The notes under the pieces were generated by a model. It did not search any database. It was not told the origin of the DNA and was given only the letters and a program-made list of their open reading frames with translations. A DNA stretch of 64,000 nt from an uncultured Victivallales bacterium (GTDB lineage Bacteria; Verrucomicrobiota; Lentisphaeria; Victivallales; GWF2-45-14). Position numbers and translations under genes: made by a program. Positions 9,396-19,379 of this stretch are shown here, piece by piece. Within the stretch, counting starts at the first letter, position 1. Each line of letters starts with the position of its first letter. The stretch is from assembly GCA_964651145.1 (NCBI GenBank), contig CAZYVR010000001.1:6839-70838 (forward strand), given 5' to 3'.

Positions 9396-10607
9396 TTATT
9401 TTTTCATCAACTCATCAACAAACACCATGCGTTCTTCGCGCCCTGACAGTTCCGCGGCTTGTCCGATTGCAGTTGAAAGCATTCCGTGCTCCGCAGTTGA
9501 AGTGTTGTTTGAATTTCCCCTTATAATTTCAAGGAATGAGTTGACCAGGCCGGGATCTGCTCCGCCATGTCCACCATGTGTTTCAGGAATTTTGTATGTT
9601 ATTACTTCCTCTGACCAACGAGGCTGGACAGTTATTTTTTTGTCATGAAGACTTACTTCTGCTTGTCCCCGGTCGCCAATAATAGTGTAGCGGCGGTCGG
9701 AGATGGGGGTTACAAAACATTCCAAGTGGCTGGCTCTTACTCCATTCTCGTATTCGACTATGGCTATGCCGTTGTCATGTGTGTCTTTGTCTGACAGATA
9801 CATGCAAAGGTCCTTGGAATAATTATCCTCTTTAATCGCCTCTTCACCCCATTCTTCAGTTGTGCCGACGTCTTTATAGCAATCCGGGCAAATCTTTTTG
9901 TAAGCGCATTTTGTGCAGGTAGGACCAGCCGGTTTTCCTTCTTCGACTTCAAAGGGAAGATTTTTGTCATTCAACACATTGATTCCGGCTGTCGCGCTGA
10001 CTTTTACAGGCTTCGGGAAATTGAGCAGCCAGTTGAAAACGTCAAAGTCATGGCTTCCCTTGTGAATCCAAAGGCCGCCGGACAGCGCATATTTGCGGTT
10101 CCAGCGGGACATGTATGTCCTGCCGCCATTGTAGAATTCACGATTTTCTATCATGAACACTTTGCCAAGGATGCCGTCGTCAATGATTTGTTTCAAGCGC
10201 TTGAGAGTTGGATCGTGGCGCAGATTAAAGCCGATCATCACAGTTTTGCCGGTTTCTTTTGCGGCCGCGAGAATATCTTTACAGCCTTTTACTGTTGTTG
10301 CAAGGGGCTTGTCCACAAGCACATTGATTCCTCGCTTCAGAGCGGCTACTGAATTGTCTGCGTGACAGTAATCCGGGCTTGTTACTATGACAGCGTCAAG
10401 CTCCTCATTGTCTGCCATCTCATCGACCGAAGAGTAAAGATTTGGAGTTTTGGCAAACCTTTTGGCGGCTGCCTTCATGCGCACTGCATTGGGGTCGCAA
10501 AGAGCAATGACTTCCGTATCTTCGCATTTTTCCAGATGCATGCCAAAGCAACTTATCCCTCTGCTTCCTGAACCTATTATTCCGAATTTCATGATTTTTT
10601 TTGACAT
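9396..10607 (-). CDS. Gfo/Idh/MocA family oxidoreductase
   Basis: N-terminal Rossmann segment KFGIIGSGSRGISCFG...VIALCDPN, then VIVTSPDYCHADNSVAALKRGINVLVDKP, typical of this family. It lies downstream of the LacI gene on the same strand. Confidence 0.85.
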   Translation of the reverse strand: MSKKIMKFGIIGSGSRGISCFGMHLEKCEDTEVIALCDPNAVRMKAAAKRFAKTPNLYSSVDEMADNEELDAVIVTSPDYCHADNSVAALKRGINVLVDKPLATTVKGCKDILAAAKETGKTVMIGFNLRHDPTLKRLKQIIDDGILGKVFMIENREFYNGGRTYMSRWNRKYALSGGLWIHKGSHDFDVFNWLLNFPKPVKVSATAGINVLNDKNLPFEVEEGKPAGPTCTKCAYKKICPDCYKDVGTTEEWGEEAIKEDNYSKDLCMYLSDKDTHDNGIAIVEYENGVRASHLECFVTPISDRRYTIIGDRGQAEVSLHDKKITVQPRWSEEVITYKIPETHGGHGGADPGLVNSFLEIIRGNSNNTSTAEHGMLSTAIGQAAELSGREERMVFVDELMKK

Positions 10608-10659
10608 TTTTTCTTCCTTGTTTTTATTATTGTCTGGATTTAATGAAACATAATCAACG

Positions 10660-11709
10660 TTAGTTTAATTTCATGAAAACCTCTTCTCTAAGTTTTTTGT
10701 CAGGCATAGGAGCGCTTTCGCGCACTATTAAATTTGTCGAATATATCAGGCTCGCTATTTTGCGGCCTGGGTCATCTAAGCTTTTCTTGCAAAGCTCAAT
10801 AACGGCGTCAGTCATTTCCTGCGCTGGCTGTCCTACGGTTGTAAGTGGCGAAGCCGCGAATTTGGCTTCGGGAATATCGTCGAAGCCCACCACTTTGACA
10901 TCTTCCGGAACCCGAAGGCCATTTTCCTTTACGGCTTTCAAAGCGCCTATTGCCATTTCATCGTTGGAGCAGAACAGAGCGTCCACAGCTTTAGTCCTTA
11001 AGGCTTCCAGCGTTGCCTGATAGCCGATGTTGAAACCGTCCTTCGTTATTGAATTGAAGCGTTGAAAAGGGAAAAGATTTATTGAAGAAAGCGGTTGTTT
11101 CAAGGATTTGTAGGCAGCGATGATGCTTCGCAAACGGTCATTGGGATCTTCAAAGGAGCTGTCGTTGTAGAAAAGAATATTTTTGCATCCGCCAAGAAGC
11201 AGCAGACGCGCGGCCTGGAACATCCCGTTCTCCCGGTATATTTCCACTGAATCAAATTCTTCGCTTGCGCATTCCATAAGGACCACATGCGCCGCGCTGT
11301 TCTTTAGCAAATTTATGGTCTTTTGATCAAGCTTTATGCCGTTTATGACAAGGAATCGGCATTTCTGAGCCAAAGCTGTCTGCACTGCTTGCGCTGCGGA
11401 CATGGAGCCGCTTTTCATTTGTATGTTTGCCGCTCCGAATTCCTTTATCGCTTTTTGCAGCAAAATGTAATTCTTAAGGGTTCCGATTGAATTGTAGCTG
11501 TATTGCGAGGTAATTATAGTCATGCCAACGCTTTTTCCTGTCCTCAGAGAGCTGGCCTGAAAGTTCGGCACATAGTCCATTTCATCCGCAATCTTGAGTA
11601 TTGCTTCGCGTTTCTTTTCTGACACTCCAACTTTTCCTGATAGGGCGCGGGATACTGTTCCTGTCGTGACTCCGGCTTTCGCGGCTATATCTTTGAGCTG
11701 GCTTGACAT
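10660..11709 (-). CDS. LacI family transcriptional regulator
   Basis: HTH LKDIAAKAGVTTGTVSRALSGKVGVSEKKREAILKIADEMDYVPN. C-terminal VVGFDDIPEAKFAASPLTTVGQP. The ATG at 11709 is preferred to the TTG at 11718. Confidence 0.9.
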   Translation of the reverse strand: MSSQLKDIAAKAGVTTGTVSRALSGKVGVSEKKREAILKIADEMDYVPNFQASSLRTGKSVGMTIITSQYSYNSIGTLKNYILLQKAIKEFGAANIQMKSGSMSAAQAVQTALAQKCRFLVINGIKLDQKTINLLKNSAAHVVLMECASEEFDSVEIYRENGMFQAARLLLLGGCKNILFYNDSSFEDPNDRLRSIIAAYKSLKQPLSSINLFPFQRFNSITKDGFNIGYQATLEALRTKAVDALFCSNDEMAIGALKAVKENGLRVPEDVKVVGFDDIPEAKFAASPLTTVGQPAQEMTDAVIELCKKSLDDPGRKIASLIYSTNLIVRESAPMPDKKLREEVFMKLN

Positions 11710-11711
11710 AA

Positions 11712-11780
11712 TAAACAATCGGTTTAACTTTTTCTTTTATAAATTTTACAACTTCCTAATTATTATAAAGCAATCGATTG
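11712..11780. promoter_or_regulatory. candidate LacI-type operators in the divergent LacI/PHP promoter region
   Basis: Perfect 10-bp palindrome CAATCGATTG at 11771-11780, whose AATCGATT core resembles LacI/CcpA-type sites. A second, related site taaacAATCGgttta lies at 11712-11726. Motif-level evidence only. Confidence 0.3.
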
Positions 11781-11878
11781 AGTTGTCAATATAAAAATGA
11801 TGAAAAAGTTTCTTTTTTTTGATTGTTTGCCACAAAGAGTGTAGCTTATTTAAAGCAAAAGTACAGAGAGCAACAACA

Positions 11879-12793
11879 ATGGACAATAACGAAAATCACG
11901 CCTCTTACGATCTTCACCTTCACACATGCTGGAGTTATGACGCAACCGCGCCGGTGGAATACTATTTCAAGCGCGCGCGGGAATTGAAATTGCGGACAAT
12001 AGCCATAACTGAACACTTTTCGATGGATTCTCTGCCTGAAATACTTTCAGTTTCAAAACAATATCCTGATGTCAGATTTATTCCCGCCGCGGAAATGACT
12101 GTCAGCGTTTCCGGAGGCGGAGCCGTTGACATGGTCTGCCTTGGTTTGCCGACTGAGATTCCAAACGAGCTCGAAAAAGTTTTTGAAGCCTACCGCCAGT
12201 GGCAACGCGATTTTGGAGACGCTATTTCAGAAGGTCTGCGCAAAAAAGGCTTTGTATACGAGAAGGATGATCGATTTTCCTTAATAAAGCAATACCGTCC
12301 GCAAAATACTATTGACAAGCAAGGCATGACTCTTGTACAAAACGGAATTCAGCGAGACCATCTGATTGGCCTCGGCGCCATAAGGAATAATATGGAATAT
12401 TCAGAATTATTGCAGGGATTTGACCTTCCAAAGCTTCCAGGGCCGGACAAGGTCTTGCCTGTCATAAAAAATTGCGGAGGACTTGTTGCCATCGCGCACC
12501 CAACTGGATATTTCAACAGAAACGATTTGAAGCGCATGGACGCTTTGCGTGAAGAGTTGGGGTTTGAAGGAATCGAATGCGCGCATGACCTTGTCCCGGA
12601 CGAACTGACTCCATTTTATCGCGAATATTGCCTTAAGCACGGTCTTTTTTCCACAGCGGGCTCCGACAACCACGCAGATCCGGCCAACAATCCTTATAAA
12701 ATCGGAGCTCATCATAAATTTGCGCGCCACAAGGGGCAGCCCGAATGGCTTGAAGAAATTTTACAGAGATTGACTCTTCGCAAACAGGCATAG
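11879..12793 (+). CDS. PHP-domain metal-dependent phosphoesterase
   Basis: The ATG at 11879 gives MDNNENHASYDLHLHTCWSYDA. Further PHP His/Asp motifs are AITEH, IAHP and GSDNHAD. Confidence 0.75.
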   Translation: MDNNENHASYDLHLHTCWSYDATAPVEYYFKRARELKLRTIAITEHFSMDSLPEILSVSKQYPDVRFIPAAEMTVSVSGGGAVDMVCLGLPTEIPNELEKVFEAYRQWQRDFGDAISEGLRKKGFVYEKDDRFSLIKQYRPQNTIDKQGMTLVQNGIQRDHLIGLGAIRNNMEYSELLQGFDLPKLPGPDKVLPVIKNCGGLVAIAHPTGYFNRNDLKRMDALREELGFEGIECAHDLVPDELTPFYREYCLKHGLFSTAGSDNHADPANNPYKIGAHHKFARHKGQPEWLEEILQRLTLRKQA

Positions 12794-12813
12794 GCATTTC
12801 AAGCGAATTAAGA

Positions 12814-13953
12814 TTAAAACAGATTCACAGCTTTAATGCCGTGCTTGGCGAGGAGCGGTTTCCAGTTTTCTTCTGTGTCGGTCCGCGCCGAGTGCCCGCA
12901 TATAAACTGAAAGCCTTTTTTCGCCAATGACGGCATTTTCTCGGGACAAAGAACTGTGTATTTTGAGTAGGTTTGTTCTATCAGTCCAGGATTAAAGTCC
13001 GAGATCAAAACTTCAGGGATGCCCCTGGATTTCAGGAATCCGGCCCAAAGGGTCGGGAATTTGCCGCAACCGCAAAGAACTATGGATTTGCCCTTCTCCA
13101 GCTTGCCGCTTTCAACAAGTTTTTTAAAATCAGAAAGCAGGCTGAAAGCCTCAAAACTTTCATCCGTCATTTTGCCGTCATACATCCGTATATTTATTTT
13201 CTCACTCATTGCTTTGAGAAAAGCATCTTGAACTCCTTCTTTTTTTGCGATGAGCTCATAGCGGCGCGCGGTGTCATATTCTGTTTTTTTGAGGTATTGT
13301 TCGGGGACAAAAGGCAGCCATGTTCGACGATTGTTCAATGTCAGGCGATAAAGTATTTTTGTTTTCTCGCGTCCTTTGGAGCTCATGCGGTGGCAAACCT
13401 TGAATTCCGGGACAAAGTCAAAGCGGCATCCTGCTTTGAAAAACAGAAGAGTTGACAAATATTCTTCGCCGTAAAAACAAAAATCTTCCGGGTAAAAAGG
13501 GTTCAGCTTTTTCAACACGTCCGCCCGAAACATAACCCCGCAACCGTGAAATGCAGTAGGAAGGAGCGGCGGATTTTCGCGTCCGCCATCTGGTCTGAGA
13601 ATTGGTCCGTTTATACCCGTCACTTCAGGAGGCGAGTTTTCCAAAGCGCTCAAAGCCGTCTCAACGCTTCCTGGAAATGGGTGCGAATCATCGTCAAGCA
13701 ACAATATATATTTTCCGCGTGCTTTTTCTATTCCGATATTTCTTGAGGCGGTTCCCATGTTTTCGTCAAGGAATATGTATTTTTCATTGTCTTTCAAATC
13801 AAAAGAATACGCGTCCGGCGAATTGTCCAGAATAATGACTTCGTAAGGAACTGGAATATGCTTTGACAGCAGGGCAAGCGTTTCAGCCGCCTCGGCCGGG
13901 CGGTTGTATGTTGGAAAAATTACAGAAAGTTCGCAGTTTTTATTTTGGCTCAT
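12814..13953 (-). CDS. family 2 glycosyltransferase with extra C-terminal domain
   Basis: LSVIFPTYNRPAEAAETL...VIILDNSPD...ILLLDDDSHP (GT-A fold with DxD-type motif). The C-terminal ~110 aa contains a Rossmann-like VLCGCGKF. Confidence 0.8.
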   Translation of the reverse strand: MSQNKNCELSVIFPTYNRPAEAAETLALLSKHIPVPYEVIILDNSPDAYSFDLKDNEKYIFLDENMGTASRNIGIEKARGKYILLLDDDSHPFPGSVETALSALENSPPEVTGINGPILRPDGGRENPPLLPTAFHGCGVMFRADVLKKLNPFYPEDFCFYGEEYLSTLLFFKAGCRFDFVPEFKVCHRMSSKGREKTKILYRLTLNNRRTWLPFVPEQYLKKTEYDTARRYELIAKKEGVQDAFLKAMSEKINIRMYDGKMTDESFEAFSLLSDFKKLVESGKLEKGKSIVLCGCGKFPTLWAGFLKSRGIPEVLISDFNPGLIEQTYSKYTVLCPEKMPSLAKKGFQFICGHSARTDTEENWKPLLAKHGIKAVNLF

Positions 13954-13978
13954 TAATCAATCTTTGCTTTTGCGTTTG

Positions 13979-14791
13979 TCAGTCGTCGTCCGTCACTTCC
14001 AGGACAATGTCAAGCTGCATGGCTCCCTTAGGCGGTTTGGGCAAAGCTGAAAGTTCAGCGAGAAGGCGTTTGACAGATATATCCATTGCGGAAATGCCGC
14101 TAGATTTTATGATCTTTGTCGACTTCACTCGTCCAGCCGCGTCAATCGAAACCTGCACTGTCACTTCCGGGGTTCTGCCGCCCAATTCGGTTTTGAGAGG
14201 CTGTTTCCAAATTTTGTAAATATATCCGGAAACGACTTCATTATATTCCATTTCGGATTGGGACATGCGCGCGCCAGGCTCGGAGACAGTCACTGTCGAC
14301 TGCAAACTTTTCAAACGGCTGGCAATATTTTTCGCCGAAACTTTAGGTCGAGCTTTCTGAACCTTGCCTTTTACCTCGTTTTTTGAGATTTTTATCTTGG
14401 AGATATCCAGAGGTTTCCATTTTGGTTTTTTCGGCTTGGGCTTTTTGGGCTTCGGCTTGGGCTTCGGCTTGGGCTTCGGCTTGGTTTTCGGCTTCGGCTT
14501 TTGAGGTGGTTTCGGCCTTTCGGCTTTTGGCGGAGTTGGAGCAGGCGGAGCAGCGGAAGGCGCATTGGCGCTTTGCTCAGGCATGGGCTTAACCAGATTT
14601 ACCTGGATGCTTTTTGGACGCTTCGGCTTAAGCCACTGTATCATAAAATATACGCAAAGCGGAAGAATGACCAGAACGACATGCGCAATGATTACAATAA
14701 TTAAAATGCGCTTTTTTAAGCGTCTGCTTATCAGGCGCTTCTCTTCGTCTTTATTATGAAAATCAGAATAAAACTGTTTTTCTTTGCTCAT
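13979..14791 (-). CDS. tonB: TonB-like energy transducer
   Basis: Single N-terminal TM (ILIIVIIAHVVLVILPLCVYF). Pro/Lys-rich spacer PKPKTKPKPKPKPKPKPKKPKPKKPK, encoded by tandem ggcttN repeats at about 14431-14500. C-terminal TonB-like domain. The start overlaps the exbD stop (ATGA, 14788-14791). Confidence 0.8.
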   Translation of the reverse strand: MSKEKQFYSDFHNKDEEKRLISRRLKKRILIIVIIAHVVLVILPLCVYFMIQWLKPKRPKSIQVNLVKPMPEQSANAPSAAPPAPTPPKAERPKPPQKPKPKTKPKPKPKPKPKPKKPKPKKPKWKPLDISKIKISKNEVKGKVQKARPKVSAKNIASRLKSLQSTVTVSEPGARMSQSEMEYNEVVSGYIYKIWKQPLKTELGGRTPEVTVQVSIDAAGRVKSTKIIKSSGISAMDISVKRLLAELSALPKPPKGAMQLDIVLEVTDDD

Positions 14792-15198
14792 TGCGCATCA
14801 GCCTGAGTTACGAGCGAAATATTGGAAAAGCCAATATTTTTCGCCATTTTCATTAATCCCATGACTTCTTTGTAGGGCCGCGAGCCGTCCGCGCGAATTA
14901 AAAGCGTGGTCTTGCGATTCCTCAAATATAAAGATTCCAAGTCCTTAAAAAGCTCCTCCCGCGTGACTGTCAGCCTGTCGAAGACAATATTTCCGCTTTT
15001 TTCCAGATTGATGACTCTGCTGTTTTCGTCCGGCAGTTCATCCGCGTTCATTTCGGGAGGCGAAACATCCACGCCGTATTCCAGAAGAGGTGCTGTTATC
15101 ATAAAAATAATCAGCAGAAGGAATGTCAAGTCGATCAACGGAGTCATATTGATCTCGTCAATTGCATCCAGTTGCGATCTGTGTCTTTGTCTGCTCAT
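14788..15198 (-). CDS. exbD: ExbD/TolR biopolymer transport protein
   Basis: INMTPLIDLTFLLLIIFMITAPL motif and the expected size, sitting between exbB and tonB. Confidence 0.9.
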   Translation of the reverse strand: MSRQRHRSQLDAIDEINMTPLIDLTFLLLIIFMITAPLLEYGVDVSPPEMNADELPDENSRVINLEKSGNIVFDRLTVTREELFKDLESLYLRNRKTTLLIRADGSRPYKEVMGLMKMAKNIGFSNISLVTQADAQ

Positions 15199-15204
15199 GC
15201 GCGC

Positions 15205-15945
15205 TTATTCCACATCCAATTGTTCAAGTTTGATCTTCGCGAGAAATTCTTCCACAAAATTGTCCATATAAACTATGATCTTGCGAATGGTCACCTTCAG
15301 AAGGTTATGCCCGATGAGCGATGGTATCGCAACGAGCAGACCCACCACTGTAGTGAGCAGCGCCCCGCTCACGCCAGGCGCCAGGGCTGAAATGTCGGCG
15401 CGTCCCTGCGAGGCAATGCTGCAAAAAGCCATCATCACTCCCCATACCGTGCCGAAAAGCCCGAAGAAAGGGCTCACGCTTACCGCAGTGGCAAGCAAGC
15501 CAATTTTGTCTTCAATCGCGAGGATCTGGTCTGATACCTCACGTTCAAGAGCAGTGCGGATAGCCTCGATTTCAGCAGAGCTAAGATTCTGCCGTGGAAT
15601 TTGCCCGGCTCCGTAAAGAGTCGCATCCTCTTTTGATATTTTATGGAAATCAAGCAGTCTTTTTATGCCGTTCTCGCAGACTCTGGCTACAGGGCTGATA
15701 TTTTGCTCTGAGTCGCGGAGCAGGGAAAGGGGATATTTTTTGTTTCTGAACAACCTTATAAATACTTCGGACGCTTTTTGCGCGCGATACAATGAAATGC
15801 CTTTTTCTATCATTATAGTCCAGGTAAGAATGGAGCCTAAAAAAAGCAGCAGAACCACGCCTTTTCCGACGCCATCGCTTTGTTGAAACGCATAATATGG
15901 GCTCGCGTCGGCGAGGCAAACAGTGAAGAATGCAGTCATTTTCAT
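15205..15945 (-). CDS. exbB: MotA/TolQ/ExbB proton-channel protein
   Basis: C-terminal channel region LATAVSVSPFFGLFGTVWGVMMAF...APGVSGALLTTVVGLLVAIPSLIGHN. First gene of the exbB-exbD-tonB operon. Confidence 0.9.
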   Translation of the reverse strand: MKMTAFFTVCLADASPYYAFQQSDGVGKGVVLLLFLGSILTWTIMIEKGISLYRAQKASEVFIRLFRNKKYPLSLLRDSEQNISPVARVCENGIKRLLDFHKISKEDATLYGAGQIPRQNLSSAEIEAIRTALEREVSDQILAIEDKIGLLATAVSVSPFFGLFGTVWGVMMAFCSIASQGRADISALAPGVSGALLTTVVGLLVAIPSLIGHNLLKVTIRKIIVYMDNFVEEFLAKIKLEQLDVE

Positions 15946-16071
15946 TCCTTAAGTGTTGAATTTTAACATAGATAACTTTAATAATTAACATAGCAGGATA
16001 TATTCAATAATTCGAATGCCTTAAGGCCTTTTTCAAGTGATAAAAGAACAAAAAACAATAGGGAGTCAGAG

Positions 16072-17073
16072 ATGCAGAACAATTTTCCTGTTTTAGGATA
16101 CGATATAGGCGGAACCAAAATAGCTGTGAGCCTTGGAACAAGCGATGGGAAAATTTTGGGATCAAAGCGCATCAACAACAAGGACAGGCTCCCTGATGAA
16201 GTTTTGCCGGAATTGGTGGCCTTTGGCAAGGAGCTCCTGGAAGACGCAGGAATAGACAAAAAAGATTTGCGCGCAATAGGCATCGACTCGCCAGCGCCAA
16301 TGGACATCCCGAAAGGCCTTATACTCAATCCGCCCAACAATCCCGGCTGGATAAATGTGCCTATCCGCGACTATATCTCCGACGCCTTCGGAGTGGAAGC
16401 CTTCTTTGAAAACGACGCCAACGCGGGCGCCTTGGCTGAATGGATGTTCGGAGCCGGCAAGGGCACAAAAAACATGATTTATCTTACAATGAGCACTGGC
16501 ATCGGCGGCGGCATAATAGTAAACGGACACCTCTTGCACGGAAAAGGCTACATAGCCGGAGAGCTCGGACACACTGTTATCGATGTCCACGGCCCCGTCT
16601 GCAACTGCGGAATGAAAGGCTGCTATGAAGCGTTTTGCGGCGGGCGCGCCGTCGCTCAGAGAATTCAGCGCGAGCTGGCGGACCAACCCAACCACCCGAT
16701 AGTCCAGCACGCTGGCGGAATACTAAAAAACGTGGATTTTATAGCATTTGAAAAAGCAGTGAGGGACGGCAACGGATACGCTATGGCGCTGTGGGAGGAA
16801 GTGGCAATCCGCAATGCGCAGGCAATCGGCATGTTTATCAATATTTTCAACCCGGAAATGATCGTTATGGGCACCATTGCAAAGGCTGCGGGCGAACTTT
16901 TCATGGATCCTATAATCAAACATCTTCCCATGTTCTGCTGGAAACAGACCCTTGATGTCTGTGCGATTAAAGCATGCGAGCTCGGAAGCAAAATCGGCGA
17001 CTATGCCGGCATTTGCACAGCGCTGAACTGTCTATACGAAAGAGGAGAATTTTCCCTGCCGTCATGCCCCTGA
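16072..17073 (+). CDS. ROK family sugar kinase (glucokinase/N-acetylhexosamine kinase-like)
   Basis: LGYDIGGTKIAVSLG, ENDANAGALAEW, GTGIGGGII-like STGIGGGIIVNG, and the ROK zinc motif GELGHTVIDVHGPVCNCGMKGCYEAFCGG. Confidence 0.85.
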   Translation: MQNNFPVLGYDIGGTKIAVSLGTSDGKILGSKRINNKDRLPDEVLPELVAFGKELLEDAGIDKKDLRAIGIDSPAPMDIPKGLILNPPNNPGWINVPIRDYISDAFGVEAFFENDANAGALAEWMFGAGKGTKNMIYLTMSTGIGGGIIVNGHLLHGKGYIAGELGHTVIDVHGPVCNCGMKGCYEAFCGGRAVAQRIQRELADQPNHPIVQHAGGILKNVDFIAFEKAVRDGNGYAMALWEEVAIRNAQAIGMFINIFNPEMIVMGTIAKAAGELFMDPIIKHLPMFCWKQTLDVCAIKACELGSKIGDYAGICTALNCLYERGEFSLPSCP

Positions 17074-17098
17074 TGTAGAGAGACGGCAAAAAAAGAAA

Positions 17099-18568
17099 AT
17101 GCCAAAAAAAATCATATCTTTTTATCCCGGCGATATACCCGCCAAACCAGGCGTGTATATCTACAGGGACAGATTTGGCAAGGTTATTTACGTTGGCAAA
17201 GCCTCTAATCTGCGCCGGAGAATGTCCCAATATTTTCAGCCTTCGCGCGACAAGCGCTCTGACCCGAAGGTGCGTTCGCTTATAAAATCCATTGCCGAAT
17301 GGGAAGTGTATGTCGTGAAAAACGAGGATGAATCCCTCCTGCTGGAGTCGCGCCTGATAAAACAATACGCGCCGCGCTACAATGTGCTGATGCGCGACGA
17401 CAAGCGTTTCCTGCTTATTAAAATAAATCTGCGCGAACACTTCCCGAAACTCTCCATGGCAAGAGTCCGCAAAGACGACAATTGCCGCTATTTCGGCCCC
17501 TTTCCCAAAGGCGGCGTTCTGCGTCCAGTTGTGGATTTTCTGACACACTACTTTGGAATACGCTCATGCCGCCCGGCCCTTCCAGACGAAAACAACCATA
17601 AGCATTGCCTGGCCAGCATAGTCAAAGATTGCTGCGAGCCGTGTATAGGCAAGACCACGCGCGAAGAATATATGGAAAAAGTCAACTCCATGGTAAGCGT
17701 TCTCGAAGGCGACGTCAAAGAGCTTGTGGGAGAGGTTAAAAGGCGCATGCTGGAAGCATCTGAAAAGAAAAAGTTTGAGAAAGCCGCGCAATGGCGGGAC
17801 ATCGCAAGCGGACTGGAAGAAGTGTTTGGAGCCAGAAACCGCACCTTCCGCTTCGCCTCAATATCCTCGGCGCCCGGCGAAGAAGCAGTCAAAGACCTTC
17901 AGAAAGTCCTCGGCATAAAGAAAGCCCCGGAAAGCATAGAAGGATTCGATATATCAAATACTGGCGGCGAACTGGCCGTGGCAAGCATGGTTTGCTTTAA
18001 AAACGGAAAGCCAAGCAATAAGGACTATCGAAGATTCAGAATAAAAAACGTCAAACAAATAGACGATTTTGCCATGATGGAGGAAGTCCTGACGCGCCGC
18101 TATTCAAGGCTGCTTGACGAAAAAAAGCCTTTGCCGGATTTGATAATGGTCGATGGCGGGAAAGGCCAGCTCAGCTCTGCCCTCAAAGCCCTGACAAGCA
18201 TAAAATGCCCGCCGCTGGCGGTAATAGGACTGGCCAAAAAAAATGAGGAAATATTTATACCGGGCAGATTAGAGCCCATTGTGCTTGACAGGCGCCGACC
18301 CGCTTTGCGTCTCCTACAGGCGCTTCGCGACGAAGCCCACCGCTTCGCCGTGGGATACCACCGCGACCTCAGAGACAAACGACTCAAAGAATCGCTTCTG
18401 GACGAAATCCCGGGCATAGGCCCGGCTCGCAAAAAGATCATGCTGACAGCCTTTGGCTCCGTCGCAAAAATCCGCAAGGCAAGCCCGGAGGAAATAGCGC
18501 AAAAAGTACCCGGCATAGGAGCAAGCTTCGCCCGGACCATTTATGAATTTCTCAAAAAAAAAGACTGA
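17099..18568 (+). CDS. uvrC: excinuclease ABC subunit C (compact, 489 aa)
   Basis: GIY-YIG domain (PGVYIYRDRFGKVIYVGKASNLRRRMSQY...YNVLMRDDK). UVR-like KKKFEKAAQWRDIASGLEEV. Endonuclease domain IEGFDISNTGGELAVASMVCFKNGKPSNKDYRRFRIK. C-terminal HhH pair IPGIGPARKK...VPGIGASFA. Confidence 0.85.
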   Translation: MPKKIISFYPGDIPAKPGVYIYRDRFGKVIYVGKASNLRRRMSQYFQPSRDKRSDPKVRSLIKSIAEWEVYVVKNEDESLLLESRLIKQYAPRYNVLMRDDKRFLLIKINLREHFPKLSMARVRKDDNCRYFGPFPKGGVLRPVVDFLTHYFGIRSCRPALPDENNHKHCLASIVKDCCEPCIGKTTREEYMEKVNSMVSVLEGDVKELVGEVKRRMLEASEKKKFEKAAQWRDIASGLEEVFGARNRTFRFASISSAPGEEAVKDLQKVLGIKKAPESIEGFDISNTGGELAVASMVCFKNGKPSNKDYRRFRIKNVKQIDDFAMMEEVLTRRYSRLLDEKKPLPDLIMVDGGKGQLSSALKALTSIKCPPLAVIGLAKKNEEIFIPGRLEPIVLDRRRPALRLLQALRDEAHRFAVGYHRDLRDKRLKESLLDEIPGIGPARKKIMLTAFGSVAKIRKASPEEIAQKVPGIGASFARTIYEFLKKKD

Positions 18569-18632
18569 CATCTTGACTTCTTTTCGAGTTGCTATTATTA
18601 TTTACCATTAGTAAACAAAAAGGTAAACATCA

Positions 18633-19379
18633 ATGAAAATAATAGCACATCGCGGAGAGTCCATGGACGCGCCTGAAAACACGCTTGAATCATTTATGCT
18701 GGCATGGGAGCGCGGCTCCGATGGAATTGAAGGCGATTTCCATGTGTTGAAGGACGGCGGCATCGCGTGCATGCATGACAGTGACACATTCCGCACAACC
18801 GGGACAAAAGCGGAGCTGGCAAAGCTTGACACAGCGGAATTAAAAAGGCTTGACGCAGGCTTCTGGAAAGGCTCTGAATGGAAAGGGGCAAAGGTTCCGC
18901 TTCTCAAAGAGGTAGTTGATGCGATGCCGGAAGGCAAAGAGATCTTTGTTGAAATAAAAGACAACAGCAATGATATTCTGTTCTTCCTTGCAGACATGAT
19001 CAAAGCCGGAGAGCTTAACGCTAAACAAGTTGTAGTAATATCATTTGCCGAAGATGTAGTCGGAAAAGCTAAAGAAATCTTGTCTGAATCAAAAGCTCTG
19101 CTGCTGACTGGAATGAAATACGAAGAAGGCAAGGGCCTAGCACCGTCTGCGGATGAACTGATTCGCAGAATGACCCGAATCAATGCGGATGGCATCGACT
19201 GTTGCGCCTGTCAGGAAATCGACAAAACGTTCATAGACTCTATAAAGAATAAAGGATTTGAGGTTCACATGTGGACCGTAAACGATATTGTTCATGCCAA
19301 AAAGCTAGTGGAAATGGGGGTTGATTCGATTACCAGCGATTGCGCTTTTAAACTTAAACAGGCTTTGGCCGGGGAATAA
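18633..19379 (+). CDS. glycerophosphodiester phosphodiesterase family protein
   Basis: MKIIAHRGESMDAPENTLESF...GSDGIEGDFHVLKDGGIACMHD (GDPD catalytic His/Glu/Asp pattern). Confidence 0.85.
   Translation: MKIIAHRGESMDAPENTLESFMLAWERGSDGIEGDFHVLKDGGIACMHDSDTFRTTGTKAELAKLDTAELKRLDAGFWKGSEWKGAKVPLLKEVVDAMPEGKEIFVEIKDNSNDILFFLADMIKAGELNAKQVVVISFAEDVVGKAKEILSESKALLLTGMKYEEGKGLAPSADELIRRMTRINADGIDCCACQEIDKTFIDSIKNKGFEVHMWTVNDIVHAKKLVEMGVDSITSDCAFKLKQALAGE

Noticed and set aside
14431-14500. Short tandem repeats considered as a possible CRISPR or VNTR locus (also 20961-20994, 21345-21489 and 23811-23837)
   Set aside because: All are in-frame, coding, low-complexity repeats (KP, KA, Lys-rich units, CGD) with no spacer-repeat organisation. 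No cas genes are present in the window.
16967-17548. 193-aa minus-strand ORF spanning the ROK/uvrC junction
   Set aside because: It overlaps two well-supported plus-strand genes and has no motif support.
18608-19195. 195-aa minus-strand ORF
   Set aside because: It is antisense to the glycerophosphodiester phosphodiesterase gene. It has no motifs and a shadow-ORF composition.
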